64,000 nt of DNA from a virus: positions 17,656-81,655 of the IMG/VR virus record IMGVR_UViG_3300032241_002336; one strand, written 5' to 3'. A program made the position numbers and the translations under genes. Positions 1-9,257 of the stretch are shown here, one piece after another (position 1 is the first letter of the stretch; each line of letters starts with the position of its first letter). The notes under the pieces were generated by a model. It saw nothing but the letters and a program-made list of their open reading frames with translations. It made no database searches and was not told the origin of the DNA.

Positions 1-33
1 ATTTTTGTATTTTAATATAAATATCACAGAAAA

Positions 34-1527
34 TTATAAAGATTTATTATTATTTAATTTTGATTCAATTACTTTTTGAATATCTTCAACATTTCTACCT
101 GTTATTTTAGCTATTTCAGTATAAATATTTTTAGAAATTACGGAATCTTTAGTTTTATGTGTTTTTACAACATTATCGACAGCTCCCTGACTACATTTGC
201 CATTTTGCGCTGCTTTGTTATTATTGAGTCTGACACATGGATCAAATTCAACCATTTCTCCATTAGGATACTGTGTTTTTTTATTACCAGCCCAATTTTT
301 TTTATCCTTAGCCCAAATAGCTGGCTGTGTATATTGTCCAGTACTCGAAGATTGTGGTGTACCACCAGCCGCAGCGGTTGTTTCTTTTACTAAAGCCTTT
401 TTGTCTTTTTTATTATTTTTGTTTTCTTTTTTAAGCCCAAATAATTCTTCCTCATCATTAATAATTTCACCGATTTGTTTTGATGGACTATTTTCTGATG
501 ACATATTTTTATTTTGAGGTGAAAATAAACCAGTAAATGAGCCAGAACTACTTGCTCCAGTTGTTTCGTCTACAGCATCCATAGAGTCTTTATCACTATC
601 GTTTAGGGCTTTTACAATATTTCTATCTTTTTGATATATGTCCAATAAATCATTTTTTAATTCATCATCTAATTTAATAAAATTTTCCTTGGATATATTT
701 TTAATATTATCATTTACATAGCTAGTTATATCTTCATCATTTAATTCATAACTAGTATTAGGGAGTTCTTCTCTGGGTATTTCGTCATAATACAAAACAT
801 ACTTACCGTCAGGTCCGTCAAGAATAGCTATTTCCATATTCATGGCTATTGTTTTGAACATTTTTGGTTTTTTGGAAACATATACTTCTGGTTCTTTTTT
901 AGAATATTTTGCTTCTGGACTATCTGGATGTGGTTCTACATTGTAATAAGCCTCATCCATTTCAGGATTCATGAGTTGTTGACCCTTTGGATCTTTTAAT
1001 TTATTTTTACTCCAAGGGGCTATTGGATCTTTTTCAATTTTGTCAGTAATTTTTTCAATTTCTTCTTTTTTCTCTATCATTTTTTTTGATGGATCATTGC
1101 TAAATTTCCTATTGAATAGATTTTTAATTTTATATATTCCACCACTAAGAACACCGACAACACCAACACCAGTCAAATAACTAATTATATCACCCCATGT
1201 AATACCATTTTCAACAAAAAATTTATCCAAATGTTTTTGTGATGGATTTAGCCAAATATTCTCAATAAGATTATGGATGGCTTGGTGTAACTCTGGACTA
1301 AATATATTTTCTTTTAAACTATCAGGAAGTGGATTTGGTTTAAATTTCTTATTCCCACCAGGCACATGAGTTTTTTTTAAGATACTCGCACCATTTTCTT
1401 TTATTTTTCTAAATTCGCCAGTAAAAGTCTTATCCACTCTGTTAAAACCACCTTTAACCCCAGTTGATTCATTTAGTTTTTTTAACATTACATTATACTG
1501 TTCCTGAGTTATTTTAATTTTTTTCAT
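34..1527 (-). CDS. Hypothetical phage protein, possibly a proteolytically processed internal head protein
   Basis: 497-aa ORF with N-terminal KKIKITQEQY..LNES and repeated (L/I/V/M)-x-E sites (IKEN, LKEN, MDEA, VDET, VKET); C-terminal Cys pair. Confidence 0.5.
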   Translation of the reverse strand: MKKIKITQEQYNVMLKKLNESTGVKGGFNRVDKTFTGEFRKIKENGASILKKTHVPGGNKKFKPNPLPDSLKENIFSPELHQAIHNLIENIWLNPSQKHLDKFFVENGITWGDIISYLTGVGVVGVLSGGIYKIKNLFNRKFSNDPSKKMIEKKEEIEKITDKIEKDPIAPWSKNKLKDPKGQQLMNPEMDEAYYNVEPHPDSPEAKYSKKEPEVYVSKKPKMFKTIAMNMEIAILDGPDGKYVLYYDEIPREELPNTSYELNDEDITSYVNDNIKNISKENFIKLDDELKNDLLDIYQKDRNIVKALNDSDKDSMDAVDETTGASSSGSFTGLFSPQNKNMSSENSPSKQIGEIINDEEELFGLKKENKNNKKDKKALVKETTAAAGGTPQSSSTGQYTQPAIWAKDKKNWAGNKKTQYPNGEMVEFDPCVRLNNNKAAQNGKCSQGAVDNVVKTHKTKDSVISKNIYTEIAKITGRNVEDIQKVIESKLNNNKSL

Positions 1528-1530
1528 AAA

Positions 1531-1767
1531 TTAACTTTTTTTATTGCTTAATCCACTTAACCAAGTGTTTCTTCTTGTCCATAATGTCTTATATAGTTGT
1601 GTAAGAACATTTTTATTAATTTCAACAACTTTGTCTTCCAGTTCTTTATTATTTCTGAGTCTATCGTTTACTATTCGTTCAATTTTAGTCTTAAACTCAG
1701 CACTACTCATATAGGTTTTTATACCCTTTTCTATATCACTTTTATTTAAATCTTCATTAATTTTCAT
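1531..1767 (-). CDS. Small hypothetical protein
   Basis: 78-aa ORF with a TATTTATA motif ~27 nt upstream; 3 nt from the next gene. Confidence 0.6.
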   Translation of the reverse strand: MKINEDLNKSDIEKGIKTYMSSAEFKTKIERIVNDRLRNNKELEDKVVEINKNVLTQLYKTLWTRRNTWLSGLSNKKS

Positions 1768-1814
1768 AGTTACTAATAGAATTTTTAATATATTATAAAT
1801 ATATTAAAAAAAAC

Positions 1815-1837
1815 AAAAAAAGAGACTTTCGTCTCTT
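1815..1837 (-). terminator. Intrinsic terminator
   Basis: On the minus strand: AAGAGAC-GAAA-GTCTCTT followed by a T run, downstream of the 1870..2319 gene. Confidence 0.7.
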
Positions 1838-1869
1838 AATGATTGAATATTATTAATTTAAAATAAAAA

Positions 1870-2319
1870 TTATAAAATTAAAATAAATGTTAAAATCCCA
1901 ATTCCTATGAATCCAATAATTTTTAATCTTTTTTGCTTTTTTATTTGTTTATTCTGGACGTTAATCGTATTTTCAAGATAGCCTATTTCATTTTTTTGAT
2001 TATCAATAATTTGCATTAAAAGTTCCATTTGGTTATCTTTATTTTGGCTAAGAATCTCTAGTTTTTTAATATCAATCATTTGTAGCATAATGATTGATTT
2101 ATAAATTTTTTCGTTTTCTTCATAAACATCTAAAATGCTATCTACATATTGTTTATCCAATAGATCAGAGAGGATTACCCTTGCATCCTTTACATTCATA
2201 ACTATCAAAGTGTCCCCTTTGGGGTTTATTAGCAACTTTACTTCTCCATTTGAGATAGTCTGAGAGTTGCCTAGCAACACCGTTAGCATCAAGGTCGTTA
2301 ACAATATTATGTACTTCAT
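1870..2319 (-). CDS. Exported coiled-coil protein with C-terminal TM helix (possible spanin-like lysis component)
   Basis: Signal-peptide-like N-terminus (MKYIILLTTLMLTVLLGNS/Q), heptad-rich middle, KKQKRLK plus hydrophobic C-terminus. Confidence 0.5.
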   Translation of the reverse strand: MKYIILLTTLMLTVLLGNSQTISNGEVKLLINPKGDTLIVMNVKDARVILSDLLDKQYVDSILDVYEENEKIYKSIIMLQMIDIKKLEILSQNKDNQMELLMQIIDNQKNEIGYLENTINVQNKQIKKQKRLKIIGFIGIGILTFILIL

Positions 2320-2584
2320 GTCTTTTTTTATTTAAAACTTCTATAATTGAATCTTGGTCAAACACGTATTCAACATATTCATCAATGGCTGTATTACTTT
2401 CTTTAATTTGTGTTAATAAGCTATCATTACTTTTTTTAAAATTATTAACAAGATTCAATAATGAATCATTTTTTAAATTAATTTTATTTATTTCTTTTTT
2501 ATAATCATTTTTTTTAACTGTAAGTATAATTCCGTAAATGCTAATTAATAATAAAATTAATGATATAAAAACTTTTAATTTCAT
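2165..2584 (-). CDS. N-terminally membrane-anchored coiled-coil protein (possible i-spanin-like)
   Basis: N-terminal hydrophobic helix then coiled coil; overlaps the downstream ORF by 155 nt in another frame. Confidence 0.5.
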   Translation of the reverse strand: MKLKVFISLILLLISIYGIILTVKKNDYKKEINKINLKNDSLLNLVNNFKKSNDSLLTQIKESNTAIDEYVEYVFDQDSIIEVLNKKRHEVHNIVNDLDANGVARQLSDYLKWRSKVANKPQRGHFDSYECKGCKGNPL

Positions 2585-2590
2585 AAATTA

Positions 2591-3109
2591 TTATTTTATT
2601 TTATATTCATTGGTTAATTTAGTTGACCATTCTTTAATAAAATTTTGGAAATACCCATCTACTCTTTTCATCATATCAAGTAAATTAGAATCTAGGGGTA
2701 TTTTAACTGGTTCACTATTATTATCTGTTATAGATATAATTGCATTTTTTTCTTTTAATGAAAAATAAAAATTAAGACCCGTAAAACTTCTACATTCGAT
2801 TTCAACATCACTATCTCTTGGATATATTTTAAATTTAGTAATTTGAACTCTCGAATCAATAGTATCTTTTATTTTTTTTAATTCTTCTACATAATTTGGA
2901 TCATTTTCAGATGGAGTAATTACATCTTTTCCCTCATCATGAGGCTCAGCATTATAATCTATTTCAGCACTATTATTTGGTGTTTCATTATTAGATTCAT
3001 CATTAATATCCAACTGAGTTTCTTCTTTAATGATATTTTTTTTGCTATTTCTAATAGCATCAATCATTAATTTGGTATAATCGTGTTCGTTAATTAAATT
3101 TTTTTTCAT
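2591..3109 (-). CDS. Hypothetical protein
   Basis: 172-aa ORF, N-terminal LINE/IIKEE motifs, acidic linker. Confidence 0.6.
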   Translation of the reverse strand: MKKNLINEHDYTKLMIDAIRNSKKNIIKEETQLDINDESNNETPNNSAEIDYNAEPHDEGKDVITPSENDPNYVEELKKIKDTIDSRVQITKFKIYPRDSDVEIECRSFTGLNFYFSLKEKNAIISITDNNSEPVKIPLDSNLLDMMKRVDGYFQNFIKEWSTKLTNEYKIK

Positions 3110-3716
3110 TGTTTTCTAATTTATATTTAAACATTTCAAAATCCCATGCTGGACTTAAATCGGTAAAATGTTTTTCTAAATTGCTCTTATATAAAATACC
3201 TGAAAAATTATCCAGATCATCAATCTTTGTATTATGTGATATGGCTACTTTTGGTATATAAAAATCCTCACACAATTTATTAACTAATTCTAATGTAGAA
3301 TTAAATTGTTCATTCGTATAAGGTGCCCAATAAAAATAGTTTCTCCACTTTTTTTCAACTATTTCTTCAGGTTTATTATAAATATAACCAATCCAATTAA
3401 TATACTTATTTTTCTCAAAATCTTTAATTAACCAACCATCGTTTTCCAATAAAATAACAATACTTTTTTTATCCAAATCATTATTTCCTAATATATTAGA
3501 ACAATAAATTGGATCGAAATGTTTATAAACATTACCCTTCTTATTTATCGTAAATGGAGCTGTTTTTGTATAATTACCATTGAGTCTATTCGTCCACTTA
3601 GCAAAATTATTTTTTTCATTTTCACTAATATGACCAATGACTATTTGCTTTTTAATAGTCTCAATTTGAATATAATTTTTATCACTAATAGGATATTTTG
3701 AATTATTAATAATCAT
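3090..3716 (-). CDS. N-acetylmuramoyl-L-alanine amidase (Amidase_2) fold protein, probably degenerate
   Basis: KKQIVIGH, APFTINKKGNVYKHFD, KSIVILLEN, YTNEQFNSTLELVNKLCEDFYIP and TDLSP match the T7-lysozyme/AmpD layout. Confidence 0.65.
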   Translation of the reverse strand: MIINNSKYPISDKNYIQIETIKKQIVIGHISENEKNNFAKWTNRLNGNYTKTAPFTINKKGNVYKHFDPIYCSNILGNNDLDKKSIVILLENDGWLIKDFEKNKYINWIGYIYNKPEEIVEKKWRNYFYWAPYTNEQFNSTLELVNKLCEDFYIPKVAISHNTKIDDLDNFSGILYKSNLEKHFTDLSPAWDFEMFKYKLENNEKKFN

Positions 3717-4930
3717 TATTTAAATCTTTTAATAATGTTATTTTTAGGATGTGGTATATTCATACTAAATCCACGATTTGTTTCTTTTATTTCTTTAATG
3801 TCGTTTAACTCTACTTTACCATTTGGTATGACAGGTTCGTTTTTAATAGGTATTTCAACAATTTCTTCAACATCTTCAATAGGCTCCTTATTAATTTCTT
3901 CAATTGTTTCTTCAACTACTATATCAATCGGTTCTTCAATTGATTCCTCAATTTCATCCTCAATTTCTTTTTGAGTACCTTCAATTATTTCTTCTTTATC
4001 ATCAAATACTTCAATTGATTTTTCAGTTTCTTTTTCTTTATGCTCAACTATTTTCTCTGGTTTTATATCTTCTTTAAATTCTACATTTTTTTCAGAAAAA
4101 GGAATAGTCGGAATTTCTGTATTATCAGTTTTTACATTTTCTTGTTCCAATTGCTGTACTTTGTTAAAAGCTATAACAAGCGCAACTGCTAATGGATCAA
4201 AAACAAATATAAGAAGTAAAATAAAATAGTTTACAACTTTATCCATCGGATATCCAGTTAATTGAGCGAGATATTTTAATGGCCCAATTTCACTATTTGT
4301 AGTACTTTTTGATTTAGCATCAATGGCTTTACTTGAATATAGATTTGAAGAATCTAATAATATACTATTTTTAGCATTTAAAGTATCAATATCTTTATTT
4401 AAATTCTGTATCTCAAGCGTTGATAAGGATATATCATTTCTAGCCCTATTTCTGTTAGCGTTACTAGTCGCAGCATCCAATCTTGATTCTTGATTATTTC
4501 TTAAACTACTGAGTTGTTCTAGTCTTTTTGATTTTGTATTTATAATATTTTGATTATCTAAAATATTTTTATCAAATAAAGCTTTTTTATTAGTCAATAC
4601 AGAAATTTCGTTCTCGCTTATTTGGTATTTATTAGCTGTTTTTTGATATGCATTTGATAGAAATCCATATATACCAGCAGATGTTATACAGACTAAAATA
4701 AAAACACCTATTGATAAATAAATTTTTAAGGAGTTTGAAATTTTATGCCAGAATCTTTGTAATAGACTTACACTTATAATTTTACTAAATTCGAGACTAG
4801 ATGCCATTATAATAACCGCCAAACTAGCTCCTGCGAATAATTGACTCAATCCGAAGACAGAATAATATGCAGCAGAAGAAGCAAGTAAAAATGCTGATAA
4901 TGCTACAATATAACTAAACCTTATTTTCAT
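3716..4930 (-). CDS. Multi-pass membrane protein with long coiled coil and acidic tail (DUF4407-like architecture)
   Basis: About three N-terminal hydrophobic helices, ~130-aa coiled coil, GPLKYL..FILLLIFVFDPLAVALV TM segment, Glu/Ile-rich tail. Confidence 0.6.
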   Translation of the reverse strand: MKIRFSYIVALSAFLLASSAAYYSVFGLSQLFAGASLAVIIMASSLEFSKIISVSLLQRFWHKISNSLKIYLSIGVFILVCITSAGIYGFLSNAYQKTANKYQISENEISVLTNKKALFDKNILDNQNIINTKSKRLEQLSSLRNNQESRLDAATSNANRNRARNDISLSTLEIQNLNKDIDTLNAKNSILLDSSNLYSSKAIDAKSKSTTNSEIGPLKYLAQLTGYPMDKVVNYFILLLIFVFDPLAVALVIAFNKVQQLEQENVKTDNTEIPTIPFSEKNVEFKEDIKPEKIVEHKEKETEKSIEVFDDKEEIIEGTQKEIEDEIEESIEEPIDIVVEETIEEINKEPIEDVEEIVEIPIKNEPVIPNGKVELNDIKEIKETNRGFSMNIPHPKNNIIKRFK

Positions 4931-4948
4931 ATATTTTATTAATAAATA

Positions 4949-5773
4949 TTATTCATTTATTAATGAATATAGATCATGAGAATTATGACGCAACTTTCTT
5001 AGACTTTTTTCTTTTATTTGTCTTATTCTTTCTTTTGTTAAATCATATTTTTCACCAATTGCTTCAAGCGTCATTGGTTCAGAATCCCTATTAATACCAT
5101 AATAAGATTGAATTATATCTCTTTCTCTTTCATCCAATATAGATAATGTCGTATTTAGTTGATTTTTTATTCTATCATCTATTATTGATTCTTCCTCTTC
5201 ATCAGAAGAAATTAAATCAATAATTTCATCACCATCTTCATTAATAATATCATTCAATGATGAGCATTTTGGAAAACTATATAATTCAATTGGTTCATTA
5301 TTGTCATCGAATAAATCACCATATATTGGCTCACGCTCATTTTCATTTTCAAATTTTTCAATTTCTTTTTTTAAAAATGATATTTTATTAATTATATTTG
5401 CTGGTAATCTTACTGTTCTAGCATTCTCATTAAGACTCTGAATTATGGATTGTTTAATCCACCAAACAGCATATGATATAAATCTAAATCCTCTAGTATG
5501 ATCAAATCTACTAGCAGCTTTAACAAGACCATAGTTTCCCTCGCTTATTAAATCAGAAAGAGATAATCCTTGGTTCTGGTACTCTTTAGCAATGGAGACA
5601 ACAAATTTTAAGTTCGCATTTATTAATTTTTCAATAGCTTTTTTATCACCATTTTGTATTTCTTGAGCTAATGTTACTTCTTCATCTGGTGTTAATAAAA
5701 TTGACTTTCTTACATCTTTAAAATACTTTGATAAACTATCTTGGCCATTCGAAATTACATTCTTTTTAATCAT
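4949..5773 (-). CDS. rpoD: Phage-encoded sigma-70 family factor, RpoD/SigA-like (Bacteroidota type, no region 1.1)
   Basis: Region 1.2 SLSKYFKDV, region 2 NLKFVVSIAKEYQNQGL..DLISEGNYGLVKAASRFD..GFRFISYAVWWIKQSI, region 4 MTLEAIGEKYDLTKERIRQI. Confidence 0.93.
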   Translation of the reverse strand: MIKKNVISNGQDSLSKYFKDVRKSILLTPDEEVTLAQEIQNGDKKAIEKLINANLKFVVSIAKEYQNQGLSLSDLISEGNYGLVKAASRFDHTRGFRFISYAVWWIKQSIIQSLNENARTVRLPANIINKISFLKKEIEKFENENEREPIYGDLFDDNNEPIELYSFPKCSSLNDIINEDGDEIIDLISSDEEEESIIDDRIKNQLNTTLSILDERERDIIQSYYGINRDSEPMTLEAIGEKYDLTKERIRQIKEKSLRKLRHNSHDLYSLINE

Positions 5774-5819
5774 TTAAAACCTCATATTTGCATAAAATTG
5801 TTATTGTTCATAGAACATA

Positions 5820-5849
5820 CAAATATACTCAAAAAATGCTAAAAGTCAA
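5820..5849 (-). promoter_or_regulatory. Bacteroidota-type -33/-7 promoter
   Basis: TTG-N19-TATATTTG on the minus strand upstream of the sigma gene. Confidence 0.7.
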
Positions 5850-5858
5850 GGTTTTAAC

Positions 5859-6377
5859 CTAGTTTATAGCTAATTTTTTTAATATTTTTTTATCGTATTC
5901 TGATAATTTACTCGGTCCTTTTTCTAATAATTTATTTAATAAAATTTCTTTTTCTTCAGAACTCATTTCATCAATATCCTCTAGAGAAATTTTATTTTTT
6001 TGTGGCTTTTTTTCTTTTATGTTTTTGAAATTATGAACTATTGTTGAGGATGTTAATTCTTGTATTAAGTCTTCTGTTTTTTGCTTTAAAAAACCCTCGG
6101 ATAAATTATCCAAAAAACCAAATAACCCCTTACTTATATCCTCTTTAAGAATATTAAAACCAGAGTAATCTTTATTTAAATCAAAAATTAAAAAATTGCG
6201 ATTCATATTTTTAAAAAAATCAGTTAATTCACTTGGTTCAGCATTTGACATAAATGTCGCAATTAATATACCCTTAGCATCTAAAATATTGGGACCTTTT
6301 TCAGCAATACTAGTTATTTCCTTTATAACACCATCTGTCTCACCCATAACAACAATACAATAATTTCTAAATTTCAT
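5859..6377 (-). CDS. Hypothetical protein
   Basis: 172-aa ORF 1 nt downstream of sbcC; short helical C-terminal LLNKLLEKG..KLSEYDKKIL motif. Confidence 0.65.
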   Translation of the reverse strand: MKFRNYCIVVMGETDGVIKEITSIAEKGPNILDAKGILIATFMSNAEPSELTDFFKNMNRNFLIFDLNKDYSGFNILKEDISKGLFGFLDNLSEGFLKQKTEDLIQELTSSTIVHNFKNIKEKKPQKNKISLEDIDEMSSEEKEILLNKLLEKGPSKLSEYDKKILKKLAIN

Positions 6378-6378
6378 A

Positions 6379-8733
6379 CTATTTTAACGTTAATTTGGAT
6401 ATATTATTTTCTTTTTCCACCGTAACGATATTATCGGACCAATCTTTTATAAGATCATTATGTGTAATTAAAAATACAATTTCATACATATTCTTAATTT
6501 TATCAAATAATGTTTTTATCTTTTCAAGATTTTCATTAGCCACTTTTCCTAAAACTTCATCAAATGTGATGAAATTTGGCATAGGTAGAGTGGATAATTT
6601 ACCCAGAATACTTCTTAGTGTTAAACTAGCCGCAGTCTTTTCAAGACCACTACCAGATTTTAATAATTTTGTTATTCCATCCTTATTTAAATGGAATTGA
6701 ACATCATTCTTATCATCAATAAATATCTCAACCTCAAAATCAACAACATCATCTAAAAGCCTCTGTAATTCAGAATTAATAATTGGTAATACAGATCTGA
6801 GTACTAATTTACTAATCCCCTTTTTACCAACCAAGTCTATGTATATTTTATATATTTTTTCTAATTCTTCTTCTTTTTTTATTTCTTTAATTAGTTTTTG
6901 TTTTATAATTATTTCACTTTCATTATTTTTAATATCCTGAGTAATAGTCTGAATTTTGGATAAAAGATTTTCTTTACTATGATTTGCGACACTTAATTTA
7001 GTCTTAACTATATTAACATCGGCATCAGCTCTTCTATTATGCTCTATGGCTTCTTGATTTAATTTATATTTTTTTAAATCATTATTTTTTTCATAAATTT
7101 TATTCCTGAGGCCACTCATTTCTACTTCACCCCTATCTCTTTCAAGTTCAAGTTTATTTTTTTCATCTATATTTTTCTTAATACTATCAAGAGATTGTAA
7201 TTCAGTAACAATAATTACCAATTCTTTATCTAAATCAATAATTTCTTTTTCAATTTTATGAATTCTTTTTTTATGTGTCTCTATGTGTTCAGTATTATCT
7301 ACATCATCCAATTTTCTATTACACGCTTTACAAATACCACCATCTATTAAATCCTTTATTGTAGCTTCTAATCGTTTAACTTCAGCTTTTTTAAATAAAA
7401 TATTAGTAGTAACAGTATTTTTATTTTTTGTTAAATCATAATACCTATCCTCATTAAAAATAATATCTCCAAACTCAATAATTTTTAAATTGATATTATT
7501 TACCTTTTCTTTTATTTTTAACCCAGTACTAGTATATTCTTTTATTTCCGATTCTAATTTTGATGGATTTAATGAAATTATGCTGACATCTATAGTTATT
7601 TTACTATTAAGAAGTCTATCATTCTCATTATTCAAATCCTCTATTTCCTTCTTAACTTCTTCTAAAGAAATATTTAATTTTTCTTTAGCATCATTGCCCA
7701 TATTAATCTTCTCTTCATGATCCTGTATTTCATGCATAAGAGTAACTACGTCATAATCATTTGATTTTTTCTTTTTATCAAATTCATTATACATTTTTCT
7801 AACAACAACTTCCTTCATCTCTATTACCTCAAGACCTATTAATCTAGTTAATATTTTACCACTCTCAGTTGTTGTTAGACCAATTAAATCATCTAAATTT
7901 TTTTCAGTAGCTAATACAAGCATTTCAAAATCCTTTTCGCTACCTATGGTATTTCTTAGTTTAGCCGTTGTCTTTATTGCATCTTCATCATTTAATTGTT
8001 CTTCTTCACCATCTGGCAATAATTTAAAATAGTTAACTTTATTAGTAACAGTCCATCCGCCACCCTTTTTGGCGGTTCTTTTCATTCTGCGTTCTATGAT
8101 TAACTCTTCGTCAGAAATATCGATCATTCCCCTAACTGTCAATTCATTCTTATCTGAAAATGAATTAAATATTTCCTCATTCTTATCCGTCTTTGTTGTA
8201 CTGCCATGTAATAAAAATTTTAAAGCATCAATGGTTAAAGATGTTTTCCCACCTTGATTTGCGGGTAATGAATTTACTACTGTAAGCCCCTTTAATTTAT
8301 TAAACGGAAGATAATTTTTTTCACCAAAAGATAAAAAATTATCTATCATAAGCCATCTTATAGCCCAACTTCTGTGTTGGATATCATTATTTTCTATATT
8401 TAATTCAGCATTAATTTTTTCATCAAGATTTATAATTCTATTAAAATCAACAATCTTATTTTCTCTTTTAATCCATTCTTTCATGAGTTCACGCTGATAG
8501 TTCGTGTCCATGATATTTTCAATACTAGCACCATTAATTTCAATTATATTGCCATTTTCGGTAATTTTTATTGGTCTATATATAACATCAATATTATTCT
8601 TATTAAACCCATATTTCTTTGCAAAATGGCTTCTAATCTTATTCTTAGCTTCTTTACTATAGTTTTCAGGGACATCGTCCCAATATACCTTTACCTTAGC
8701 GTATGGCGATAATTTAATATCAAGATTCTCCAT
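6379..8733 (-). CDS. sbcC: SbcC/Rad50 (T4 gp46-like) ATPase
   Basis: IDNFLSF, Walker A NQGGKTS, coiled coils with CKAC zinc hook, signature SGLEK, Walker B FITFDE, LITH. Confidence 0.9.
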   Translation of the reverse strand: MENLDIKLSPYAKVKVYWDDVPENYSKEAKNKIRSHFAKKYGFNKNNIDVIYRPIKITENGNIIEINGASIENIMDTNYQRELMKEWIKRENKIVDFNRIINLDEKINAELNIENNDIQHRSWAIRWLMIDNFLSFGEKNYLPFNKLKGLTVVNSLPANQGGKTSLTIDALKFLLHGSTTKTDKNEEIFNSFSDKNELTVRGMIDISDEELIIERRMKRTAKKGGGWTVTNKVNYFKLLPDGEEEQLNDEDAIKTTAKLRNTIGSEKDFEMLVLATEKNLDDLIGLTTTESGKILTRLIGLEVIEMKEVVVRKMYNEFDKKKKSNDYDVVTLMHEIQDHEEKINMGNDAKEKLNISLEEVKKEIEDLNNENDRLLNSKITIDVSIISLNPSKLESEIKEYTSTGLKIKEKVNNINLKIIEFGDIIFNEDRYYDLTKNKNTVTTNILFKKAEVKRLEATIKDLIDGGICKACNRKLDDVDNTEHIETHKKRIHKIEKEIIDLDKELVIIVTELQSLDSIKKNIDEKNKLELERDRGEVEMSGLRNKIYEKNNDLKKYKLNQEAIEHNRRADADVNIVKTKLSVANHSKENLLSKIQTITQDIKNNESEIIIKQKLIKEIKKEEELEKIYKIYIDLVGKKGISKLVLRSVLPIINSELQRLLDDVVDFEVEIFIDDKNDVQFHLNKDGITKLLKSGSGLEKTAASLTLRSILGKLSTLPMPNFITFDEVLGKVANENLEKIKTLFDKIKNMYEIVFLITHNDLIKDWSDNIVTVEKENNISKLTLK

Positions 8734-9019
8734 ATATATCTTTTATTTTTTCTCTAATATCAATTTTTTTATTGAGTTCGATATTTTTATTCTTTTCTTC
8801 TAGTAATTCTTCATGTAACTTTTTAATTTCATCATCATTAGTGATGACTTTTTCCACTACTTTTTCTATTATTTGAGCTTTAGGCGTTGCACCATATTTT
8901 TCAACGGTAAACCCTTGCTTTATCATTTTTAAAATAAAACTATCAATATCTGTAATATTGTTTAACTTACAGTAATTAATTATTTCATTATTAAGTGCTT
9001 GTGGTATCTCCATATTCAT
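8720..9019 (-). CDS. Hypothetical protein
   Basis: 99-aa ORF overlapping both neighbours; coiled-coil C-terminus. Confidence 0.55.
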   Translation of the reverse strand: MNMEIPQALNNEIINYCKLNNITDIDSFILKMIKQGFTVEKYGATPKAQIIEKVVEKVITNDDEIKKLHEELLEEKNKNIELNKKIDIREKIKDIYGES

Positions 9020-9257
9020 TAGAATTTAATACATCGTTTACGTCTTCCTGTGTCTGGTGAAATAGACAAATCTCTCTATCATTTTTATCAACATATAGAG
9101 CAATTATTGGTTTGTCAACACGATACATGACTTTATCATCATCTTTATCATTAGTGTTCTCAATGTCAAAATAACCAACTTCACCATTCACAACTGTGAA
9201 ATCGTTCATTTCTTCTGGAAGATTATTAATAAAATCTTTTAATTCTTTTAGTGTCAT
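8991..9257 (-). CDS. Hypothetical protein
   Basis: 88-aa ORF starting MTLKELKDFINNLPE; 4-nt overlap with sbcD. Confidence 0.6.
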   Translation of the reverse strand: MTLKELKDFINNLPEEMNDFTVVNGEVGYFDIENTNDKDDDKVMYRVDKPIIALYVDKNDREICLFHQTQEDVNDVLNSNEYGDTTST

